Positions 26,484-33,861 of a stretch of 39,719 nt of DNA are shown one piece after another; positions within the stretch are counted from its first letter, which is position 1, and every line of letters starts with the position of its first letter. The notes beneath the pieces were generated by a model, which was not told the origin of the DNA, did no database searches, and saw only the letters and a list, made by a program, of their open reading frames with translations. The DNA lies in the IMG/VR virus record IMGVR_UViG_3300003350_000001, positions 1 through 39,719 of that record; one strand, 5' to 3'. Position numbers and translations under genes: made by a program. The DNA is from a virus.

Positions 26484-26717
26484 TTAATGCATTGGATCGT
26501 TTAATTCTTTATTAAATTCTTCCCAAAGAAAATCAACTCTTGATTCTAAGCTACTGAAAACACTAGCCATTGAGGCACTCACAACAATTGCTTTTTTTGA
26601 TATTTCTTCATCGTCTGAATCAAGATACTTTTCTACCTCGTTTGCGAAATTCTTTAAATCGGACAAAAATCCTTTTGATTTTTTAATCGCCGCAATTTTC
26701 AGTTCATTGGCATCCAT
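26484..26717 (-). CDS. Small acidic helical protein, divergent paralogue 3 of 3 (77 aa)
   Basis: Same length and shared pattern (K...A.....K.F..L.....E......LDS.D.E ... A.V...A). Confidence 0.5.
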   Translation of the reverse strand: MDANELKIAAIKKSKGFLSDLKNFANEVEKYLDSDDEEISKKAIVVSASMASVFSSLESRVDFLWEEFNKELNDPMH

Positions 26718-26729
26718 AGTTATTTTTCC

Positions 26730-27017
26730 TTAGTGGAGGTTTCCATGTTTTTTTTTATATTGATCATAAAAATCCCTTGCGTATTCTGCATAATTTTCGC
26801 GGCCTATTTTATCAATCACTGTATTCACAATTTCTCTTGTTAATATAAGAGAAGCCTTTTGATTATGATCTAATGGATATTCAAATTCTTTCAATAAATA
26901 AATATTATAATTAAGCATTGAAAGCAAAATAGGCGTATGAAAATGAATATCCTCAATTAGATCTTCCACGTCTTCTTTTGAGGCAGTATCGAGATCAACA
27001 TGTCTTTCTTTTAACAT
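26730..27017 (-). CDS. Hypothetical protein, 95 aa
   Basis: ATG shares one nucleotide with the stop of the upstream gene (TAATG). Confidence 0.5.
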   Translation of the reverse strand: MLKERHVDLDTASKEDVEDLIEDIHFHTPILLSMLNYNIYLLKEFEYPLDHNQKASLILTREIVNTVIDKIGRENYAEYARDFYDQYKKKHGNLH

Positions 27018-27418
27018 TATTTTTCCTCTTTAAATGTTTTCTCAAAAATCTTTGCCATACGTTTAAATTGGTCTTTTTGCGTCATAAATAGTGGTAACTT
27101 CTCTCGATGATCTCCATCGACTTTACATATTATCTTGGGTGGTTTCCCTTTTCGAAAGCGGATGGATTCAACCGTACACGAACCATGTTTTTTGTCATAA
27201 CATTTAGGTAAATAATAATTCGTATCTTCAGTCCTTCGAGAGCAATCATCTATGGTTGCCTTTAATTTTCCTTTCGTAAAAAGTTCAATTTTTTTCTGTT
27301 GTTTTAGCGGAATATAACCTTTTGAACCCCATACGTAGAAGGCCGCTTTAGTGATATTTAATGATTCTGCGATTTTAGTGGCCGATCCAAAGAATTCATA
27401 AAGTTCATCGGTTGTCAT
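27017..27418 (-). CDS. Cro/YdaS-like HTH regulator with a C-terminal extension, 133 aa
   Basis: N-terminus FGSATKIAESLNITKAAFYVWGSKGYIP resembles Cro/YdaS-type HTH proteins. It is the first gene of the leftward early operon. Confidence 0.55.
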   Translation of the reverse strand: MTTDELYEFFGSATKIAESLNITKAAFYVWGSKGYIPLKQQKKIELFTKGKLKATIDDCSRRTEDTNYYLPKCYDKKHGSCTVESIRFRKGKPPKIICKVDGDHREKLPLFMTQKDQFKRMAKIFEKTFKEEK

Positions 27419-27526
27419 CAGTTTACCCCCATAAATATTAATGTATCAATATATTGTTGACATACTAACAATTAATAGATAAAGTATCAACTTACTACGT
27501 AAACACGAAGCAACTTTTAAGGAAAC
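27419..27526. promoter_or_regulatory. Divergent early promoter/operator region
   Basis: Rightward: TTGACA (27457-27462), 17 nt, TAAAGT (27480-27485). Leftward on the minus strand: TTGATA, 17 nt, TAGTAT. GTATCAA is repeated at 27443 and 27484. There is also an inverted repeat (IR), TTGTT-N8-AACAA. Confidence 0.5.
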
Positions 27527-28402
27527 ATGATGATTACTACAGAACAGAAAGAACAACGTAAGTTAGGCCTTGGAGGCTCGGACATTCCTATTGTTTTAGG
27601 ACTTTCAAGCTATAAAACGCCTTATCAACTCTATCTTGAAAAGAAAGAGACTTCGATAAGCGGTGACGAAATGTCACCGGTTCAATACTGGGGAAATCAA
27701 TTAGAGCCCGTAATCCGCGAAGAATTCTCAAAACGAAATAATGTCACGATTGAACTCCCAGATACGTTAATCCATCCATTCCATAATTTTATGCGCGCTA
27801 ATGTTGACGGATATATTAAAGAATGGGATGCGGTTCTTGAAGTCAAATGCGCAAATCAATTTATGGCCTATGAATGGGGAGAACCTGGTTGTCCAAGACA
27901 TGAAGGGGGAGAAGCTAGAAGTGATGTTATTCCCATGGCATATTTAGCGCAGGTTGCACACTATTGTATCGTAACCAATGCAACACAAGCCCATATCGCT
28001 GTATTAATCGGCGGACATGATTACCGGGAATATAAATACACAAGAGATACAGAACTTGAAAACACCATCATCGAAGCTGCTTCCGCTTTTTGGAATGCTG
28101 TGCAAAATGATTTACCACCGCCTCCTGTAAATCAAAAAGATTTACGCATGATGTTTCCTCGACATAATCCTGAAAAAACTCTTACTATTTCACAAGACGT
28201 ATCGCCTCATTTTACAAAAATGAATGAGGTCAAACGCAAAATAAAAGAACTACAGGAAATCGAAGAGGAAAGTAAATTTCAAATCATGAAACATATGGAA
28301 GATAGTGAGTGCTTAGTCGATGAATCAGGAAAACCATTGGTGACTTGGAAAACAAATAAGAAAGGATCAAGAACATTTTTATTTAAAGGAGATAAAGAGT
28401 GA
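27527..28402 (+). CDS. YqaJ/lambda-Exo-like recombination exonuclease, 291 aa
   Basis: GLGGSDIPIVLGLSSYKTPYQLY ... GNQLEPVIREEF ... ANVDGYI ... VLEVKCA are the YqaJ family motifs. Confidence 0.8.
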   Translation: MMITTEQKEQRKLGLGGSDIPIVLGLSSYKTPYQLYLEKKETSISGDEMSPVQYWGNQLEPVIREEFSKRNNVTIELPDTLIHPFHNFMRANVDGYIKEWDAVLEVKCANQFMAYEWGEPGCPRHEGGEARSDVIPMAYLAQVAHYCIVTNATQAHIAVLIGGHDYREYKYTRDTELENTIIEAASAFWNAVQNDLPPPPVNQKDLRMMFPRHNPEKTLTISQDVSPHFTKMNEVKRKIKELQEIEEESKFQIMKHMEDSECLVDESGKPLVTWKTNKKGSRTFLFKGDKE

Positions 28403-28584
28403 GCGAAATCACGCGAGAAGAATTCGAAGCCACAATTCTAGCAATATTAAATAGAGTGGGAAAAATAGAAGTATGGATACATAACATGTGTGAAATATCT
28501 AAAGCGAGAGAATTCCCAGGCTATGAACCTAATATTTATGTAACAGGAGAAGAAAATGAGCACAGCATTAACGGCACTAAATAA
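28399..28584 (+). CDS. Hypothetical protein, 61 aa (GTG start, GTGA overlap)
   Basis: AAGGAG upstream of the GTG. Confidence 0.45.
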   Translation: MSEITREEFEATILAILNRVGKIEVWIHNMCEISKAREFPGYEPNIYVTGEENEHSINGTK

Positions 28585-29443
28585 TGGCATCACTATGTGG
28601 GAAGATGCGAATAAGCTTAATGAAATCAGAAAGCTTTTTGCGCCTAAACTTACCGAAATGGAATTTCAATACTTTGTAGGGCTTGGAAAAGCGGCCGGTC
28701 TTAATCCTTTTTTAAAAGAGATTTGGTCAGTTAAATATGATGAAAAATCACCCGCACAAGTATTTATCGGTAGAGATGGTTATCGAAAAGCTGCTCAAGC
28801 TCACAGTGAATATGATTATCATCAATCCGATGCTGTTTATGAAAATGATGTTTTTGAGGTGCAGGATGGATTAGTAAAACATTCTTATAAGTTGACTGCT
28901 CGCGGCGCTTTAATTGGTGCCTATTGCATTGCAAAGCGTCACAAATCATCTCGTCCCATTTATGTATTTGCTGAATTAAAAGAATATTCCACCGGTAAAA
29001 GCATTTGGGGCACAAAGCCAGCAACGATGATTAAAAAAGTCGCTGAAAGCCAATGCCTACGCGCATGTTTTCAGGATTTACTCGGAGGAACTTATGGCGA
29101 AGAAGAAATGTCAAATGCGCAAATGGAAAATAATAATATGCGTGTGGTTAACGGTGAAACGCAAACGGAAAGACTTAAAAATATGTTAAAATCAGATAGT
29201 CAAAATAGCGATAAAATAGTCGAACCTCAAAATAAAGAAAAAATAATTAATGATGTATCAGATGAAAGTAATTACAAACCGGCAACTGATGAACAAATCC
29301 TTAGAATTGAGGTTTTAATGAATGAGAAAGAATTTGATGAACAAAAAAAGAAAAATGCCTATGCATATTTTAAGATAGAAAGTTTATCAGAATTAACCCA
29401 AGAAAAAGCAGAAAGGTTTTTAATGTTATTGGATAAGAAATAA
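28556..29443 (+). CDS. recT: RecT/Bet-family single-strand annealing protein, 295 aa
   Basis: AAGLNPFLKEIW ... IGRDGYRKAAQ, and pairing with the upstream YqaJ exonuclease. Confidence 0.75.
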   Translation: MSTALTALNNGITMWEDANKLNEIRKLFAPKLTEMEFQYFVGLGKAAGLNPFLKEIWSVKYDEKSPAQVFIGRDGYRKAAQAHSEYDYHQSDAVYENDVFEVQDGLVKHSYKLTARGALIGAYCIAKRHKSSRPIYVFAELKEYSTGKSIWGTKPATMIKKVAESQCLRACFQDLLGGTYGEEEMSNAQMENNNMRVVNGETQTERLKNMLKSDSQNSDKIVEPQNKEKIINDVSDESNYKPATDEQILRIEVLMNEKEFDEQKKKNAYAYFKIESLSELTQEKAERFLMLLDKK

Positions 29444-29719
29444 ATGAATATAAAATTGGATAAAAATATGAATGATGAACAAAAAATGAAACTTGCTTTG
29501 GATGCCTTTAAAAAAAAGGATATTGAGTATCCCTGTTCTATATGTAAGCATCATATTAGAAATGTAGCATTAACCAATCTATTTATAGGAATTGATAAAA
29601 TTGAAAATGATCGCGTCATCAATTCCATCCCAATTATTTTAATATCATGCGATAATTGCGGATACATGGATATGTACGATACAAGATTATTATGCGATCT
29701 AAAGGAAGATACAAATTAG
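29444..29719 (+). CDS. Zinc-ribbon-like hypothetical protein, 91 aa
   Basis: CSICKH ... CDNCGY Cys pairs. Confidence 0.45.
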   Translation: MNIKLDKNMNDEQKMKLALDAFKKKDIEYPCSICKHHIRNVALTNLFIGIDKIENDRVINSIPIILISCDNCGYMDMYDTRLLCDLKEDTN

Positions 29720-29752
29720 GAAAATAAAAAGTAACATTAGGATTAATATAAA

Positions 29753-30172
29753 ATGATAAACCGAGTGACCTTATTAGGGAGAGTGGGAAAAAAGGATTAT
29801 AAGAAAACGAAAAAAGGCGAGATGTTTTGCAACTTATCCATTTCAACAAATCGAAAATACATAGATTCTCACGGAAATGTACGGGAATTAATCAATTGGC
29901 ATCATGTCTATTTTTTTAATAAATTGGCAGACCTAACCAATAAATATGGAGAGATAGGCGAACTAATTTATATCGAAGGTGAGATAAGCAATAAGAAAAT
30001 AGATGACCACGGGGAATTTAAATATATCCCAATCATCACCGGCAAAGAAGTGAAGTTTATTTCAAATTATAAAAAAGATGTAGGTGATTGCTCAGCTAAT
30101 ACATATGGGAAGATTAGTGAGCAATCGGATGCATTATCCATGGATGACGATGAAGATTCAATTGGGTTTTGA
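29753..30172 (+). CDS. ssb: Single-stranded DNA-binding protein, 139 aa
   Basis: MINRVTLLGRVGKK ... WHHV.FF.KLA OB-fold pattern and an acidic C-terminal tail DDDEDSIGF. Confidence 0.8.
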   Translation: MINRVTLLGRVGKKDYKKTKKGEMFCNLSISTNRKYIDSHGNVRELINWHHVYFFNKLADLTNKYGEIGELIYIEGEISNKKIDDHGEFKYIPIITGKEVKFISNYKKDVGDCSANTYGKISEQSDALSMDDDEDSIGF

Positions 30173-30540
30173 TGGAAATGAACATAATTAATATAATAGA
30201 AAATCTTACACCAGCTTTAATAAATGGAATCGTTATTGGGGCGTTTATTTTTTTAGTATATATATTAGTTTTAGTAGATATCAAATCTATATGGAGAAAG
30301 GTAATGGATAAAGAAATAGCTTATTCCGGCGTAGCTGATACCACCATAAAAATACCTGATTCTTATCCAATTAATATTTTTATGGATCACGACGTTATTG
30401 TTTCCATCTATATTGATTCTAAAGATTCACATTATATTCGTTTTTTTCTAAAAAAAACTGGTAAATGGGTAAAAATTTATTTACCTGATGAAGAATTTAC
30501 TAAAGGGACGGTATTTGCAAGGTTTGTTTATGAAGACTGA
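30172..30540 (+). CDS. Membrane protein, 122 aa, one N-terminal TM helix
   Basis: ATG 30172 overlaps the ssb stop (TGATG). Hydrophobic segment INGIVIGAFIFLVYILVLV. Confidence 0.5.
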   Translation: MEMNIINIIENLTPALINGIVIGAFIFLVYILVLVDIKSIWRKVMDKEIAYSGVADTTIKIPDSYPINIFMDHDVIVSIYIDSKDSHYIRFFLKKTGKWVKIYLPDEEFTKGTVFARFVYED

Positions 30541-30748
30541 AGAAGAAAAACTAATAGAAAAAGAACAAGCACAAATGTTTTTAGATATGCGCGCTCTATT
30601 TCTTGATTTTCAATCATCTGTATATTGCGATAATTTCGATGATAGAAAATATTTACTAGAAAAAGGAAAGGAAATTTATTTTTCTTGGAAAAATAAGATT
30701 GTTGATGAATGGGATAAAGATGTGAAAGTACCTAATTGCACAAGATAA
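30530..30748 (+). CDS. Hypothetical protein, about 72 aa (alternative start 30488)
   Basis: ORF-track ORF 30488-30748. The internal ATG at 30530 minimises overlap with the previous gene. Confidence 0.4.
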   Translation: MKTEEEKLIEKEQAQMFLDMRALFLDFQSSVYCDNFDDRKYLLEKGKEIYFSWKNKIVDEWDKDVKVPNCTR

Positions 30749-30782
30749 TCAAGATATCTTAATCCATTAGTTTGAGGAAAAT

Positions 30783-31100
30783 TTACTCTTTTTCAATCCT
30801 AGCTTTCCAAGCTTTGTATTCTTCTTCGTTCATTTTTAAAATGAGACTTTCTATTTCTTTTGTAATTTCTTCATCTGATAAATCATCAGCTTCCCATGAA
30901 TCACAACCCGAACATGATCCATAATAATAACAAACATGGTAATAAGTCTTAGTAGATTTATCATAAAAAGTGACATCCACGTCTCCAGAATAATCACTCC
31001 GTGATTTATCTTCTATAACTTCACAATTTTCTAAATATTTAGGAAGATATCCAGAATATCTGCAATCTAAATATGCGTGTTCTTCTTTCAAAATATTCAT
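30783..31100 (-). CDS. Hypothetical Cys/Tyr-rich protein, 105 aa
   Basis: Compact ORF downstream of the recombinase gene. Confidence 0.45.
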   Translation of the reverse strand: MNILKEEHAYLDCRYSGYLPKYLENCEVIEDKSRSDYSGDVDVTFYDKSTKTYYHVCYYYGSCSGCDSWEADDLSDEEITKEIESLILKMNEEEYKAWKARIEKE

Positions 31101-31103
31101 AAT

Positions 31104-31706
31104 TTAAATTTCTTTGTTGTGAAATTCATATTTCCCAATTTCAACATTTAGATGCCGTAAATAACGATAGAGCGTAGATTGTGAAATATTGAGTTGGGAT
31201 GAGATAGTACGAATAGAAAGACTCCCATTAAGATATAATGTTTTAGCTACTTTCGCTTTTTCTTCTGCTCCTCTTGGTAATCCTCTGGGTCGTCCGCCTA
31301 ATCTGCCGCGTGCTCTTGCCGATTTTAATCCTGCATTGACACGCTCTACTATAATATCTCTTTCTAATTCTCCCATGATGGCAATCATGTGAAACATGGA
31401 TTTACCAATTGCGGTGCTTGTATCAATTTTTTGGGTAAGACTTACGAAGTCGACGTTTTTTTTTGCCAATACATCTATTATCTGCATAAAGTGACGTAAG
31501 CTTCTGGCCAATCTATCGAGCTTCCATACCATCAATGTATCTCCTTCGCGCGCATTGTTCAGTAAATCATCAAGAACCAGACGAGCCGTCTTAGCCCCAC
31601 TGGCTATTTCTTGATAGATTTTTTCACAGCCTGCTGCTTCAAGCGCATCGACCTGTAACTGAAGGGACTGGTCGCGGGTAGAGATTCGAGCGTAGCCAAT
31701 CTTCAT
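31104..31706 (-). CDS. Small serine recombinase (resolvase/invertase family), 200 aa
   Basis: MKIGYARISTRDQ (catalytic Ser motif), DRLARS, GELERDIIVERV, C-terminal HTH SQSTLYRYL. Confidence 0.9.
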   Translation of the reverse strand: MKIGYARISTRDQSLQLQVDALEAAGCEKIYQEIASGAKTARLVLDDLLNNAREGDTLMVWKLDRLARSLRHFMQIIDVLAKKNVDFVSLTQKIDTSTAIGKSMFHMIAIMGELERDIIVERVNAGLKSARARGRLGGRPRGLPRGAEEKAKVAKTLYLNGSLSIRTISSQLNISQSTLYRYLRHLNVEIGKYEFHNKEI

Positions 31707-31990
31707 TAATGTCCTATTCTTATTAAGAAGCCGAGAATTGAAACAGTTGCTACGAAAGAAGCCATCATCATACTTCCTAATCTAATAGTAAGTTTATATT
31801 CTAATGTTTTTATATCTCTTTTTAACAAAGCTATATCGCTTTTCGTCGAAACTTGATTATCAATAATATTAGCCAATTCTTCTGCCTGTCCTTCCGATAG
31901 AAAATATTTACTAGAAACCTGTCGATCTGTAAATCCTAATTCTTTCATTTTTTTAGCGTAGGCCAATGTATCAAATGCTATTTCGGTCAT
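31706..31990 (-). CDS. DUF1640-like coiled-coil membrane-anchored protein, 94 aa (start moved to an internal ATG)
   Basis: GAGGAAAAA SD before ATG 31990. FDTLAYAKKMKELGFTDRQ ... C-terminal TM. TAATG coupling to the recombinase gene. Confidence 0.65.
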   Translation of the reverse strand: MTEIAFDTLAYAKKMKELGFTDRQVSSKYFLSEGQAEELANIIDNQVSTKSDIALLKRDIKTLEYKLTIRLGSMMMASFVATVSILGFLIRIGH

Positions 31991-32203
31991 TTTTTCCTCT
32001 TTGTGTTGTCGCTTACCATTAAAATAATATTTATTAAAACTTTGATTTAAAACATCAATTAACAATAACATTATTATGGTTAAATGGGAAATTCTCGTAC
32101 AGTCGTAAAAGACCTGTTTTATGAAAGCGCCTAATTCCTCTGAATTCGAGGAAATTAGAGTTGTCGACCTCACCGATATGATTTTTTCGCATACCTGAAG
32201 TAG

Positions 32204-32231
32204 TTGATAAATTTATATAACATTATATAAT
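32204..32231 (+). promoter_or_regulatory. Candidate promoter/operator of the toxin-antitoxin (TA) operon
   Basis: TTGATA (32204-32209), a 16-nt spacer, TATAAT (32226-32231), overlapping the palindrome TATATAAcaTTATATA. Confidence 0.5.
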
Positions 32232-32263
32232 AATGTATGTATCATATAGAGGAGTAAATAATC

Positions 32264-32479
32264 ATGACAATTGCAATTAAGTTATCGCCAGAATTGGAAG
32301 AGAGACTTTCGACATTGGCCAAAAATACGCATCGTTCAAAAAGTTATTACGCGCGTACAGCAATTGAACATTATATTGAGGATTTAGAGGACTATTATCT
32401 TGCTGTTCAGAAATTAGAAACAAAGGGACGTCTTTATACATTAGAAGAAGTGAAGAAGAACAGTGACTTGGACGATTAA
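32264..32479 (+). CDS. Ribbon-helix-helix antitoxin (RelB/ParD/CopG type), 71 aa
   Basis: IKLSPELEERLSTLAKNTHRSKSYYARTAIEHYIEDLED. Overlaps the toxin gene. Confidence 0.8.
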   Translation: MTIAIKLSPELEERLSTLAKNTHRSKSYYARTAIEHYIEDLEDYYLAVQKLETKGRLYTLEEVKKNSDLDD

Positions 32480-32729
32480 ATTTAACGATGATGCGAAAAA
32501 ACAATTTAAAAAATTAGATAAATCTATTGCGAATAGAATTATTAGATTTATGAGTGAACGTTTGATGGAATCCAAAAATCCAAGAGTTTTCGGTGACGCA
32601 TTAAAAGGAAGTTTATCAGGTCTATGGAAATATCGTATCGGAAATTATCGTTTATTGTGCCATATAGATGATAATACAGTAACTATTTTAGTGATTTCTG
32701 TTGGACATAGAAAAGATATTTATAAATAA
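32463..32729 (+). CDS. RelE/ParE-family toxin, 88 aa (GTG start)
   Basis: F.DDAKKQFKKLDKSIANRI ... LWKYRIGNYRLLC.IDDN..TILVISVGHRKDIY is the canonical family pattern. Confidence 0.85.
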   Translation: MTWTIKFNDDAKKQFKKLDKSIANRIIRFMSERLMESKNPRVFGDALKGSLSGLWKYRIGNYRLLCHIDDNTVTILVISVGHRKDIYK

Positions 32730-32746
32730 GGCACTAATTCACCCGT

Positions 32747-33112
32747 TTACCTGTTGACGCCTTACCCGTTGACGCCCACCCCATTACCCATATTGGTTCG
32801 CCTTTTTCCTTTGATCATCTTCCCGACCTCAGCAATACGATAAAAAAGTTATTCATTTGATGTCTTGTATGTCTTGATGTCTTCTGACAGACAGTCTGTC
32901 ATATGACAGATAGTGTGACAGGATTCTATTTGTGGTAGGAGGCAGGAAAAAAGTTGTCATAATCCCTGGGGTTATGACAACCCAAAAAAAATTATTTAAT
33001 TCATTGAGATGTATACTTCAAACTTTTTAAAAACCCCTGCTTTTAGGCTGTCATTGCGAACATGAGGCGCGTGACAATTTCCTGGTTGTAAAATAGTTGT
33101 CATCATCCCTCG
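32747..33112. repeat. Repeat-dense non-coding block
   Basis: Tandem 15-mers TTACC(T/C)GTTGACGCC (32747-32776). Three copies of ATGTCTT (32859-32883). Palindrome TGACAGAC-a-GTCTGTCA (32885-32901). TGACAG at 32904 and 32916. A 10-bp IR GTTGTCATAA/TTATGACAAC (32953-32981), with a half-site repeated at 33094-33112. Confidence 0.85.
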
Positions 33113-33193
33113 GCTCGCCAATTTTAGTTTGATTAAATTCTATTCAGCACTCAGCAATTCCGCAGAGTATTTGACTATAGGAGATGTTTAATC

Positions 33194-33448
33194 ATGCTTG
33201 ATCACTCTAACACCCAACTTGTGTCTTCTGAGCTTCAACAAGACAAAAGCTCTACTTTTTCCACCAATCTCATTCCTGTCCCCCAATGGAACCAATACCA
33301 CCAGTGGCCTACCCAATCTGGTTTGCGGAACTTGATTTTCCACGCGAAAACCAATGGATTTAACAAGGTTATTCGTCGAATCGGTCGACGCGTTCTCATT
33401 GACGAAGCTGCCTTTTTTTCATGGGTACAGAGCCAACAAGAGAGCTAA
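33194..33448 (+). CDS. Excisionase/AlpA-like HTH DNA-binding protein, 84 aa
   Basis: WPTQSGLRNLIFHAKTNGFNKVIRRIGRRVLIDEAAFFSWV is a pattern recalled from HTH_17-type proteins. AGGAG SD. Confidence 0.55.
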   Translation: MLDHSNTQLVSSELQQDKSSTFSTNLIPVPQWNQYHQWPTQSGLRNLIFHAKTNGFNKVIRRIGRRVLIDEAAFFSWVQSQQES

Positions 33449-33558
33449 AAAGTTGACCGAATTCGGTTAACTCGAAACCGAACTCGGCCAGGAACTTTAA
33501 AAATCATGATATAATATGGGGGGTGACAATCTGCCCCCCCCTCAATGAGATAATAAAA

Positions 33559-33789
33559 ATGACAACAACGACATTTGATACATTGGCGTATGCCAAAAAG
33601 ATGAAAGCTGCTGGCTTTACTGACCAACAAGCGGAAGTGCAGGCAGAGGCATTTTTTGAAGTAATTGACGAAAAACTATCTACAAAGAGGGATTTAGAAG
33701 TATTAACCTATAAACTTACGATCCGACTAGGAAGCATGCTAGGCGCTGCTGTAGGAATGATTGCTATTTTGATAAAATTCGGACATTAA
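33559..33789 (+). CDS. DUF1640-like protein, second paralogue, 76 aa (start moved to an internal ATG)
   Basis: MTTTTFDTLAYAKKMKAAGFTDQQAE ... KLTIRLGSMLGAAVGMIAILIKFGH. Paralogous to 31706-31990. Confidence 0.65.
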   Translation: MTTTTFDTLAYAKKMKAAGFTDQQAEVQAEAFFEVIDEKLSTKRDLEVLTYKLTIRLGSMLGAAVGMIAILIKFGH

Positions 33790-33794
33790 ATAAA

Positions 33795-33832
33795 AAAGCT
33801 ATTCCCCCTCGGAGCTAAGAGGAAATAGCTTT
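33795..33832 (-). terminator. Rho-independent terminator of the porin gene, between convergent genes
   Basis: Minus strand reads AAAGCTATTTCC, a loop, GGAATAGCTTT, then TTTATTT. Confidence 0.6.
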
Positions 33833-33861
33833 CATTCACTTGTACGATTTTTTCGTATGAC

